From NCBI GenBank assembly GCA_964570175.1, contig CAZMXG010000007.1, positions 2,109 through 66,108 on the forward strand: a stretch of 64,000 nt of DNA. The letters run 5' to 3'. Made by a program: the position numbers and the translations under genes. Shown one piece after another: positions 53,938 through 63,800 of the stretch (the first letter of the stretch is position 1; every line of letters begins with the position of its first letter). A model generated the notes under the pieces. It ran no database searches. It had not been told where the DNA came from and saw only the letters and a program-made list of their open reading frames with translations. Origin of the DNA: an uncultured Heliomicrobium sp. (lineage in GTDB: Bacteria > Acidobacteriota > Blastocatellia > RBC074).

Positions 53938-55551
53938 ATGAACGTACTTCTTGCCCTTCTTTTTTTGCAGGCTCCACCGCCAGAAAGCGTGGACAGACTG
54001 CTGGATCCGATTCTGCGTCACGGTCGAGACAACATCAGCTATCTGGCTTCGATGGATGGTTTCGATTGGACGATCGTTATCATGTATTTCACCATCCTGG
54101 CGCTGCTGGCTATTTTGGGCGCTTACCGCATCCGAATGGTGTATCAGTTCTGGCGTTACCGAAACATCAAACCACACCCCAAACGCCAATTTGCCGAAAA
54201 CGAATTGCCGCACATTACGGTTCAGCTTCCGCTGTTCAACGAACTGTACGTCGTCGAACGCCTGGTGGAATCCGTCGTCAAACTGGATTACCCGCGCCAC
54301 TTGCTGGAAATCCAGGTGCTGGACGATTCGACGGATGAAACTGTCGGCATTGCGGCGGAAGTCGTCGAACGATTCAAACAACAAGGCTTCGACATTGTCC
54401 ACATTCATCGAACCGACCGAACCGGCTTCAAAGCAGGCGCACTAGACAAAGGCATGAAAGTCGCCAAAGGGAAATTGATGGCGATTTTTGACGCCGACTT
54501 TACGCCCAGGCCCGACACTTTGAGGAAGATGGTGGATTTTTTCAGCGACGAAAAAGTCGGCATGGTGCAAATGCGCTGGGGGCACATCAATGCGAATTAC
54601 TCTTTGCTGACACGCATTCAGGAAGTGTTGCTGGATGGCCATTTCGTTGTGGAACAAACTTCGCGCAATCGCACCGGCGCGTTTTTCAACTTTAACGGAA
54701 CCGCCGGAATGTGGCGACGTGAAGCCATTGATTACAGCGGCGGCTGGCAACACGACACGTTGACCGAAGACACCGACCTGAGTTTTCGCGCTCAATTGAT
54801 GGGCTGGAAGTTTGTGTATCTGCTGGATGAAGAAGTTCCGGCGGAATTGCCTGTCGAAATGAATGCGTTCAAGGCGCAGCAGCGTCGCTGGGCAAAGGGC
54901 TTGGTGCAGGTCGGCCTGAAGCTGATGCCGCGCATCTGGCATCATCCGGACCTGACCTGGCAGCAAAAGGTGGAACTTTTTTTCCGCTTGTTTGGTAACT
55001 GCGCCGCGATGTTGATGATCGTACTGAGCGTTTTGCACATTCCGGTTTTAATCGTTCGGTTCAATCAGGGAATGTTCCAGATGCTGCTGTTCGATACACC
55101 ACTGATGATTTTTGCCACGTTTTCGGTCGTCAGCTTTTACGGCACGGCCATCCGGTATCGGTATCCAAACGAAAAATGGCGGCTGTGGCTGATTCCCATG
55201 GCAATGGCAATGGGCATCGGGCTGGTTTTTTCGAATACACGCGCTGTGTTGGAAGCCTTGTTCGGTGTTGAATCCAGCTTTGTCCGCACGCCGAAATACA
55301 ACGTCGAATCGAGCAAGGACAACTGGCTGCAAGTGGCCAAGAAGTACAAACGCAAAGGCGGATTGCTGCCGTTCATTGAATTGGCTTTTGCGCTGTATTT
55401 TGTTGGCGCTGTTTATTACGCAATCCGTTCGAACATTTATGCGACAATTCCGTTTCTCATGATCTTCCTGTTGGGTTACGGGTACATGGCAATGATGTCG
55501 TTGTTTCAAGGACGGGTGCGAAAACTGCTTAACGCGTTTCGTCGCAGTTAA
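53938..55551 (+). CDS. Family 2 glycosyltransferase, processive CESA-like membrane synthase
   Basis: GT-A motifs (VLDDSTDET; FDADF; TEDTDLSFR). QRRWAKG is the QxxRW motif. N-terminal TMs and 4 C-terminal TMs. Confidence 0.75.
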   Translation: MNVLLALLFLQAPPPESVDRLLDPILRHGRDNISYLASMDGFDWTIVIMYFTILALLAILGAYRIRMVYQFWRYRNIKPHPKRQFAENELPHITVQLPLFNELYVVERLVESVVKLDYPRHLLEIQVLDDSTDETVGIAAEVVERFKQQGFDIVHIHRTDRTGFKAGALDKGMKVAKGKLMAIFDADFTPRPDTLRKMVDFFSDEKVGMVQMRWGHINANYSLLTRIQEVLLDGHFVVEQTSRNRTGAFFNFNGTAGMWRREAIDYSGGWQHDTLTEDTDLSFRAQLMGWKFVYLLDEEVPAELPVEMNAFKAQQRRWAKGLVQVGLKLMPRIWHHPDLTWQQKVELFFRLFGNCAAMLMIVLSVLHIPVLIVRFNQGMFQMLLFDTPLMIFATFSVVSFYGTAIRYRYPNEKWRLWLIPMAMAMGIGLVFSNTRAVLEALFGVESSFVRTPKYNVESSKDNWLQVAKKYKRKGGLLPFIELAFALYFVGAVYYAIRSNIYATIPFLMIFLLGYGYMAMMSLFQGRVRKLLNAFRRS

Positions 55552-55585
55552 CCCATCAAGCGGAATTCAGTTTGTGGAGTAAGTT

Positions 55586-56173
55586 ATGTTCTGTCCGAAA
55601 TGCGGGTCGAACCAGGGTGATGGCAAAAAGTTTTGCACAGTTTGCGGAACCAACTTGCTCATCGTTTCGCAGGCTTTGACAGGACAACTTGCTCCGCCGC
55701 AACCTGCATTTCACCATTTGCCACCCGCTGCCATCTTCAATAGGGAAATGGAGCGCCAGAAAGAAATGCGCTCCGGAATTACGATGGCGGTGCTAGGCGG
55801 CAGCTATCTTGTTTATCAAATCATCAATTTTATTTTTTCCGCGCCCTTTAATGGCTGGCGTTCCCCATTTGGCTTTGGCAGCTTCATTGCATTCATTGTT
55901 TGCGCAGTTGGCATTTCCAAAATTATTAGCGCGCGAGTGATTGCCGATGCGCCCTCAACGACATCCGGCTTATCCAGCGCGATGTATCCGGCGACGGAAC
56001 CCGGTCAATCACCGCTTCCATCTCCGAGCGTGTCGGCTCAGGCAGCCCTGCCCAAACCGGTTTTTTCTGCTGCCCCTCCGATGCATCCGTCTGCTCCACA
56101 TACCAATGAGCTTGATCCCGTTCAAACAACAGTAAGCGTGACGGAAGAAGAAACGAAACACTTGGGTCGCTAA
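55586..56173 (+). CDS. Zinc-ribbon membrane protein (paralog 1)
   Basis: [24 protein letters not shown] zinc ribbon. Two predicted TM helices. Pro/Ser-rich C-terminus. Confidence 0.5.
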   Translation: MFCPKCGSNQGDGKKFCTVCGTNLLIVSQALTGQLAPPQPAFHHLPPAAIFNREMERQKEMRSGITMAVLGGSYLVYQIINFIFSAPFNGWRSPFGFGSFIAFIVCAVGISKIISARVIADAPSTTSGLSSAMYPATEPGQSPLPSPSVSAQAALPKPVFSAAPPMHPSAPHTNELDPVQTTVSVTEEETKHLGR

Positions 56174-56189
56174 ATCCAACACCAGTTCG

Positions 56190-56807
56190 GTGAAAAGGAG
56201 AACTATGTTTTGCCCAAATTGTGGAACGGAAACCCGCGAAGCGATCAAGTTTTGTAAAAAGTGCGGGACGAATTTAAAGCGGGTGCAAGGCGTGATGAGC
56301 AAAGGCGGGGCCGGGTCCAGCGCCAACCAGTCAGCCGACTGGAACCAGTGGTGGATCGAAGAGCATCAGGAAAAGCGAGAACAAAACAAGAAGAAACTGC
56401 CCGAAGAAAAACGGCTGGAAGAAATTAAAACCGGTGTCATTACCGCCAGTGTCGGCCTGGCAATATCTATTTTCCTGAATCTTTTTTTCGAAGCCATCGC
56501 CAATGCTTCAGGCGGCCCTGAAGCAATCATCCTGCAACGCATCTGGGCAGTCGGATTGATCCCGCTTTTCATTGGGCTGGCCTTTGTTTTCAATGGCCTG
56601 TTCATCAGCAAACGCATTGTTGAATTGAAAAAGCAGCATCAAGATAATATGCCGCAACCGATGTTTGCGCCGGTTCCCAATACTTCGCCGGTTGCGCAAT
56701 TGAACGAAGCGGATCAACCCCAGCTTGCTGATTACAGCATTACCGAACCGACAACGACCAGGCTGCGCGAGCCCGTGCCCGTTTCATCGCCACGCGACAC
56801 GAACTGA
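56190..56807 (+). CDS. Zinc-ribbon membrane protein (paralog 2)
   Basis: MFCPNCGTETREAIKFCKKCGTNL. Charged linker. Two TM helices. Confidence 0.5.
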   Translation: MKRRTMFCPNCGTETREAIKFCKKCGTNLKRVQGVMSKGGAGSSANQSADWNQWWIEEHQEKREQNKKKLPEEKRLEEIKTGVITASVGLAISIFLNLFFEAIANASGGPEAIILQRIWAVGLIPLFIGLAFVFNGLFISKRIVELKKQHQDNMPQPMFAPVPNTSPVAQLNEADQPQLADYSITEPTTTRLREPVPVSSPRDTN

Positions 56808-56854
56808 TAAAGTTGTAAAACTGAAATCATAGAATCCCCAGGAGGACACTGTTA

Positions 56855-57352
56855 ATGTTTTGCACCCGATGTGGTACTCAAAACCCCGATGATGCAGGTT
56901 TTTGCCGCAACTGTTCCAGTCCGCTGACGCGCCCTGTTAGCCACTCAGGGCAACAGACTGCTCCGCAATCGAACCAACCAACATCAGGCTCTTATGCCAA
57001 TCCATCTTCATCGCAATCCCCCTATCCGGGTTATCAGGGACCGCCTGTGTACCAAAGTTCATATGCCAATCAACCGATAACGCAACAAAGCGGTGCCAGC
57101 GGACGCGCAATCGCCTCCATGGTTTTAAGTATTCTTGGCTTGGTGATGTGCGGTTTCTTGACCAGTATTCCAGCGATGATTTTGGGCAAGATGGAACTGA
57201 ACGACATCAAATTGGGCAAAGCTCCCAAAGCGGGTGAAACACTGGCCAAAATTGGATTTTATGTTGGAATCGCCGGAACCGTAATTTCTTGTCTCGCTGG
57301 TATTGCGGGCGCTGCCTTGTGGATTATCGGCGCGGCCAATTCATTCAATTGA
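56855..57352 (+). CDS. Zinc-ribbon protein with C-terminal DUF4190-like two-TM domain (paralog 3)
   Basis: MFCTRCGTQNPDDAGFCRNCSSPL. Q/S/P/Y-rich linker. IASMVLSILGLVMCGFLTSIPAMILGKMELNDIKLGKAPKAGETLAKIGFYVGIAG is DUF4190-like. Confidence 0.55.
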   Translation: MFCTRCGTQNPDDAGFCRNCSSPLTRPVSHSGQQTAPQSNQPTSGSYANPSSSQSPYPGYQGPPVYQSSYANQPITQQSGASGRAIASMVLSILGLVMCGFLTSIPAMILGKMELNDIKLGKAPKAGETLAKIGFYVGIAGTVISCLAGIAGAALWIIGAANSFN

Positions 57353-57462
57353 AAACAAACCAGGAAAAGTTAAATCACGTAGTTGTCGCAACCGGCGAGT
57401 CACCTTCTGATCGTGACTCGCCGGTTGCGTTTTCGCGCAATGACCAAATCACGTATCTGGCG

Positions 57463-57855
57463 ATGACTGCGGTGGCTGGTTTCACATTGATCCTCGCCAG
57501 AATGCTTACTCCAGCGAGTGCTGGTTACGGAACTCATGAACAATTGGGTTTGCCACCTTGCCTGTTTTTCAAACTGACTGGCCTGCCTTGCCCAAACTGT
57601 GGATTGACAACCAGCTTTGCTCATTCGGCCAGATTTCATTTTTACCAGGCCTTCATCGCACAGCCCTTCGGCCTAATTGCTTTTTGCCTGACAGTTGCAA
57701 GCATTCCATCCTTCGTTTTTCTGATCCGGCGACGAATTTCATGGGCTGAATTCATCCGCGCCAAAGGCTTCGATCACCTGATTTACACTCTGATCGCAGT
57801 GTACTTGTTGGGCTGGATTTATAAGATTGCCGTGATCAAATTGACCGGAAACTGA
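57463..57855 (+). CDS. DUF2752-like membrane protein
   Basis: [13 protein letters not shown] (CPxCG motif) within a 4-TM protein. Start uncertain. The ORF-track start at 57289 overlaps the upstream gene. Confidence 0.5.
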   Translation: MTAVAGFTLILARMLTPASAGYGTHEQLGLPPCLFFKLTGLPCPNCGLTTSFAHSARFHFYQAFIAQPFGLIAFCLTVASIPSFVFLIRRRISWAEFIRAKGFDHLIYTLIAVYLLGWIYKIAVIKLTGN

Positions 57856-57940
57856 AAGGCTAGAAACTTCGTCTTTCCTCTTCTACAATCCGCAACCGTT
57901 ACACGGACTTCACCAAGTACAACCCGGAGAAAACCCAATC

Positions 57941-59626
57941 ATGAAAACGGCTGCATTGCTGTTTTGCTTTTTGCTGCTGACACCCAATATCGCTATGCCA
58001 AAAACTCAAGACAACTTGCCAAAATCTCGCGCTGAACTGACCAACTACGAAGAAACCAGCCGCTACGAAGACGTCATGCGATTTATCGCCGATCTTCAAA
58101 AAATGACCGACAAGATACGCGTTGAATCCTTCGGTAAAACCGAAGAAGGCCGCGAACTGCCGCTGATGATTTTTGCCAATCCGCCGATTTCTCAACCACG
58201 CGAAGCGCGCGCCAGTGGCAAACCTGTCGTTTTCATTCAAGCAAACATTCACGCCGGGGAAGTGGAAGGGAAGGAAGCGATGCTGCATTTGTCGCGGCGC
58301 ATTGTTGCCGGCGATCTGAAACCCTTGTTGGACAAACTGGTGATTCTGGTTGCGCCAATTTACAACGCAGACGGCAACGAAAAAATCAGCGTCAATAACC
58401 GCACAGCTCAGAACGGGCCCATCGGCGGAGTCGGCACGCGCGAAAACGCCAAAGCCATGGATTTGAACCGAGATTACATGAAGCTGGAATCGCCTGAAGC
58501 CAACGCGCTGGTTGGTTTGATGAATCGCTGGGACCCGCATCTGACCGTTGATCTGCACACAACAAACGGCTCCTATCACGGTTATCATCTGACGTACGCA
58601 CCAACGCTGAATCCCAATGCTGATGCTAGGCTGATTGCCTTCGGTCGAAACAAAATGCTTCCGGCTATCACGCGCACGCTGCTGGTGAAGCACAAATTCC
58701 GCACTTACTTTTACGGCAACTTCGCAACCAAAGAGCGCATAAACCGCGAAGTGAATACTTTCGAGATGCAGCGCGAAGGCCGTGCGGCTCAACCCGCTGA
58801 CAAACCCGAAACCAAAATCTGGCGCACGTTCGATCACAAACCAATGTTCGGCAATAACTATGTTGGGTTGCGCAACCGGCTGACGATTCTTTCCGAAGCC
58901 TACAGCTATCTGGATTTCAAAGGCCGCATCGCCGTTACCGAAGCCTTTGTCGAAGAAATTTTCAAATACTCTGCGCTGCACGCCGCCGAAATCACTTCAC
59001 TGATCAACCGAGTGGATGCCGATGCTTTTCGCGGCAAGCTCCCGGCAAAAGGCGTAGCCTTTGAAATCAAACCACTGGACAAACCCGTCAGTATCCTGGT
59101 CGGCGAAGTGAAGAAGGTCAAAAATCCAAAGAACGGCAAAGATATGACCGTGATGATCGAAGACAAATTCACGCCGACGCCAATGCCGGATTATGGAGTG
59201 TTCGCTGCTACGAAAAGCAACGAAGTTCCACGAGCCTATATTTTCAAAAACGAAACCGGCTTGAAAACTATAATCGCAAAGCTGCAAGCGCACGGCATTG
59301 CCATTGAAGAGTTGACCGAGTCGCTCGACACCGAAGGTGAAAGCTTCGTCATTGATTCGGTCAACAAAGCTGCTCGCGCCTTCCAAGGCCACGCCGAAGT
59401 TAAACTCAAAGGCCACACTCAAAAAGAAACTGTCAATTTCCCTGCCGGTTCAATTCTGGTTCGCACAACCCAGCCACTAGCATCGCTGATTTTTTACCTG
59501 CTGGAAGCTGAAAGCGACGATGGATTTGTGCGTTGGAATTTTCTGGATTCGTATTTGGAAAAAGGGAAGCCCTATCCGATTTACAAACTAACAGGCGAGA
59601 TAAAAGCAGCAAGCAAATTACGCTGA
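57941..59626 (+). CDS. Secreted M14-family zinc carboxypeptidase
   Basis: Signal peptide. [10 protein letters not shown] (HxxE zinc site). Downstream His/Glu positions and overall 560-aa architecture. Confidence 0.7.
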   Translation: MKTAALLFCFLLLTPNIAMPKTQDNLPKSRAELTNYEETSRYEDVMRFIADLQKMTDKIRVESFGKTEEGRELPLMIFANPPISQPREARASGKPVVFIQANIHAGEVEGKEAMLHLSRRIVAGDLKPLLDKLVILVAPIYNADGNEKISVNNRTAQNGPIGGVGTRENAKAMDLNRDYMKLESPEANALVGLMNRWDPHLTVDLHTTNGSYHGYHLTYAPTLNPNADARLIAFGRNKMLPAITRTLLVKHKFRTYFYGNFATKERINREVNTFEMQREGRAAQPADKPETKIWRTFDHKPMFGNNYVGLRNRLTILSEAYSYLDFKGRIAVTEAFVEEIFKYSALHAAEITSLINRVDADAFRGKLPAKGVAFEIKPLDKPVSILVGEVKKVKNPKNGKDMTVMIEDKFTPTPMPDYGVFAATKSNEVPRAYIFKNETGLKTIIAKLQAHGIAIEELTESLDTEGESFVIDSVNKAARAFQGHAEVKLKGHTQKETVNFPAGSILVRTTQPLASLIFYLLEAESDDGFVRWNFLDSYLEKGKPYPIYKLTGEIKAASKLR

Positions 59627-59809
59627 GCTTGTAAGTGCCCTTGGAAAACGAAAAACACGAAAGAGCAAGCAGGACCATCTCTGGTCGCGCTGTTACTTTT
59701 CGCGCTTTCGGTTGCAGCTTCGTGGCCTAATAACTTGCGGTACCAGGCTGAGTAGTCCTCACCTGAAGGCAAAGCCGCTTGGCACAAAGAATAATCTCCA
59801 GATGAAAAG

Positions 59810-60409
59810 CTATCTGACTGGTTCACCGAGAACGTAGCCATTAACCATCACGGTAGGCTCTTTGCCAAGCTGAATAATGCATGTGTTGGAGAAACCTTCC
59901 TTGTTTTCATTCTTTGGCGTCCAAGTAATTTCCAGAGCCTCTACCGCCTTGCCAACTGCAACCGTAGTCGTCGTTTGCCCGATGCGAATCTTGTCCGAAC
60001 CCGTGCCGAGCTTATCCCCCGCCTTCTGATCAATCATTACTGCATTGCCTGCCACCTTGGATTCCGTCTCTCCAGAAGGCAGCCGATTCAACGTCACCGG
60101 CTTTATCGTAACCGTGTACTGCTTCATCTCCGCGGCAATCAGCACCTCAACCTGCGCTGTCGAATCATCTAGCCGCTGCGCGACGATGGCTACGGCATAA
60201 TGCGGCGTCAATGCTCCCAGCGCGTAATTCCGCAACGTCTCATCGCGCCATTTGGTGTAGGCAACTAATGGCGTTGTAGATATTGGCGTTATCTGTGTGC
60301 CGTTGCTCTGCTCCGCCAGAGCACCTGGGGTTGCGGCTGGTTCTTGCACTTGCGCTGATGCAGCGATAGTCGCCAATACAAACAAACTACTCAATATTAT
60401 GTTAACCAT
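59810..60409 (-). CDS. Secreted hypothetical protein
   Basis: Start set at MVNIILSSLFVLATIAASAQ (signal peptide). Beta-rich. AT-richer than the window average. Confidence 0.3.
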   Translation of the reverse strand: MVNIILSSLFVLATIAASAQVQEPAATPGALAEQSNGTQITPISTTPLVAYTKWRDETLRNYALGALTPHYAVAIVAQRLDDSTAQVEVLIAAEMKQYTVTIKPVTLNRLPSGETESKVAGNAVMIDQKAGDKLGTGSDKIRIGQTTTTVAVGKAVEALEITWTPKNENKEGFSNTCIIQLGKEPTVMVNGYVLGEPVR

Positions 60410-60476
60410 TGTTGTGTTACCTCGTGATAATATGGCTATCCTTGCTATAGGGAATTGGCTTGATTTATAGCAGTTT

Positions 60477-60806
60477 TTAGCAGTCGACAGGTTTGAGTTG
60501 AGTAAAAAAACCGTCTTTCCATAAGTAATCAACAGATGCTTTTATGTTTTCCATTGTTACTTTAGGGATAACTATAAGACCTGGCTCCGCAAAACAAGGG
60601 ATACCGCGCTTACTGTCATAGCTTAAGTCTTGCTCTAGCCTTGTAGGATCAATAAAGAAGATAGAGTATTGATTTCCATCCTCCAATCTCACTTTAATAG
60701 GCCCAACCCATCCTTTCACAACCATTTCGTCTTGTGCTCTTTTATCGAATCCTTTAGGAAACTCAAATTCTGGGTATTGCGTTATTTTTTGTAATGGCAT
60801 ATTCAC
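60477..60806 (-). CDS. Putative immunity protein for the upstream RHS toxin tip
   Basis: 109-aa ORF starting 9 bp after the RHS stop on the same strand. AT-rich like the toxin tip. No recognised domain. Confidence 0.4.
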   Translation of the reverse strand: MNMPLQKITQYPEFEFPKGFDKRAQDEMVVKGWVGPIKVRLEDGNQYSIFFIDPTRLEQDLSYDSKRGIPCFAEPGLIVIPKVTMENIKASVDYLWKDGFFTQLKPVDC

Positions 60807-60815
60807 CTTGCTTTA

Positions 60816-63800
60816 TCAAAATGGAATCAGCTTAATCAAGCTCAATAGGTCTATAAATCTTTCTAAAGTCATAGGAGATTGAGGGCCAATTTCATAATGG
60901 CCCGGAGAACCTTTCGGAAAAATCTCTAACTCAGGAGAAACTGTATTGAGGTCAATTTTATATGGCCCCCCATATTTAATAATATTTGGGTCATTTGGAT
61001 TCTGATTAACTGACATTCCTTTTCCTGGTTGAACCATCCCATTTTTAACTTTTATATCAATGCCAGGACGAGGACTATTTAGCTCCGGCCCACCTCGATA
61101 TAACGGAGGGCCATTATATTTACATTGATTATGCACCAGCACACTCAGTGTTGATACATAGTAAGTATGTGCTTCTGCCACCTCGAAGTTGTAGACTTTG
61201 AACTCACCACTTCGTCGCTTTATCGAGTCAACTTTGGCGACTGTTGTGTTCTTTGTCAGTAATTGTGAGCCCTGCTCCAATTGCCCAGCAGCGACCCATC
61301 CTTTTCCTATCACCCAAAATGGATGTTCTGGCGTTGCAGTAATGGTTTCTTTGCCAATGCGAATGTCTACAACTTCTGTAGCTGTTCGCTCAAAGACCTG
61401 CACCACCTTTTGTACACGGACAACAGATCCATTTTCTCCTTGTTCAGGATCAGAGGACAAGACTTTATCTCCGACTTTGATGTCTTCGATGCTTTTCTCG
61501 CCATCTGGTGTCTGCACTTTTGTGCCGGCGACAAAACAGTAATTGGCAGGATATCTACTACCAAACCTGCCGCCCAGAAATCCTCCTAACAATCCTCCTA
61601 GCAACCCAGCTCGTTCTATCTCGCACATTTGGTTCCAGCGTCTCAATGCTCTTGCCAACTGCACCACACCAACTACTGCTAGCGTTACGCCGATAACTGG
61701 AATTGCGACGGGAAACAGAGGCGCAAGTTCAATCATCATTAACGACATTCCGCCTGCAACATAAGCGCTTTCCGCCGCGCTTCTCCCAAATTCTCCCCAT
61801 TCCTCTCTTCCCCAACCCTGCAATCCTATGGGGTCAAACAGGTTCGTTGGGCTGTTGTAAACATAGGAGTACAGATTGGTATCTCGGCCAGCCAATCCAA
61901 TCGGGTCTTCGCTTAGGAATCGCCCTTGCTGAGGATCGTACCAGCGCGCACGATAATGCATCAGCCCAGTAGCAACATCTCGCTCTCGCCCTGTGAAGCC
62001 ATAACGTGTTCTTACACTTCCAGCGCTTGCGCCAAAAGCATCATATTGCTGTAGGGATTCAACCAGGCCCCCAGCAGCATTCGTCAATCCGAGCGTGCTT
62101 CCCAGGTGATCTTGCAAGAAGTACATCGTTCCCCAGGTTGAATCACTCTGCCTTAACTTGTCGTCAATGCTGGCCCCGTTCAGGTAATCAACTGCGCTCC
62201 CGTTAGAGCGGTCAATTACTGTTTCCAATCCATCGTACTGATAAGTCGTTGTCGTTCCATTGACCGAACTGCTAATGCGTCTTCCGGTTGCGTCATATCC
62301 ATAATCGGCGGTTTGTCCGTTGGGTAATGTTGCGCGAGTCAGTCTGCCACGAGCATCCCATTGATAGCCGGTTGTGCCTGAAGCATCTATTTTGGATGTC
62401 GTTTGCCCTTCCTGATTGAAGCTGTAATTAGCTGCTCCGAATTGCCCAATTCGATTGGCGGCATCTGCCGAGGTTGCTGTCTTGCTCTGAGGAGTTGCCA
62501 GCGCAGAAGCCAATGACGTGACTTTGTTGATTTCATTGTCCAAGTTGAATTCATACTGCAAGTCTTCCAACGTTGTGCTAGCGTTTGTATGAGTCAATCG
62601 CTTCAATCGGCTGACTTCATCATATAGGAATGCAGTGGTGACGTTATTCGGTCTTTGCAAGCTGGTTCGTCGGGAAAGCGTGTCGTAACCGTAGGTGAAG
62701 GTTTCACTTCCTTGCGAGATCGTCTGTAATCTTCCAAATGTGTCATAGCCATACGCCACGGGCAGTCGGTCTGCTGCCGTCATGGAATTCCGCTGATTGG
62801 CGTTGTTATAGCTGTAACTGACGACTCCAAGTGGGGTTGTTTCTGATGTTAGCCGGTTCGCGTTGTCGTATTGCCAGGTAATCGCACCATTCGCATCGCC
62901 GATGCTTGTGGGGCGGCCTGCCGTGTCATATTGATAAGTTACGGTGGCATCAGCATAAGTGACCGTGACAGGGCGATTGATATTGTCATAACTGACCGTT
63001 GTTCGCCGCCCCATGCGATCAGTCCTGGCAATGACGTTGCCCACAGGGTCATATTCCGCTGTCACCTTTCGCCCCAAGGGATCACTTCGGCTTGTCAGCC
63101 TGAATAACTCATCGTAGCCAAACGTCAAAGTGTTGTTGCGCTGATCTTTCAGCGAAATCACGTTTCCTCGATGGTCATAGATAAGGTTGATGATATTGCC
63201 CAACCCATCAGTGATCGTCTGCTGTTGGCCGCGAGCATCATAGCTATACCGCATTGTTCGCCCCGAAGCCGCAATCACTTTTACTAATTGATCTGCGGCA
63301 TCGTATTCCCACTTATAGGGTTTATCGTTGGATTCATTCAGTGGGCGTTTGCCAGTTACTAGATGATTCTTCGCATCATAAGTGAAAGTCCAGGTCTTCA
63401 GATTCGCATCGGTTACGCTCAGCCGGTTGTCGTTCTCATCATAGGTATAGCTGTAAGTTGGATTTCCTGTCTCATTAACCGGATCATTAACGGGCTTCCT
63501 TACATTCAAGACTCTATCCAGATTGTCATAACGCATTCTAGTCTGTCGTCCGAGCGGATCGGTTACCAACAAGAGATTACCAGCTAGGTCGTACTGAAAT
63601 GTTGTTGAATGATTGAGCGCATCGGTATGCGAAATGATGTAGCCATTCACATCGTATCCATACGATGTCGCATGGTTGAGCCCATCAGTAATGGCGGCCA
63701 GTCGCCCCAAGCTATCATAAGCATAAGCCGTCGTCTGGTTCAGCGCATTGGTGACGCTGACTAGGTTGCCTTTGGGCGTGATAGTGTTTGACGATACCGT

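Noticed and set aside
57899-58981. 360-aa minus-strand ORF opposite the M14 carboxypeptidase gene
   Set aside because: It is an antisense shadow. The M14 motifs on the plus strand are unambiguous.
59627-60476. Search for an integrase, transposase or tRNA attachment site next to the RHS locus
   Set aside because: No recognisable recombinase ORF or tRNA-like sequence is present in these intergenic regions. Only AT-rich leaders are seen.
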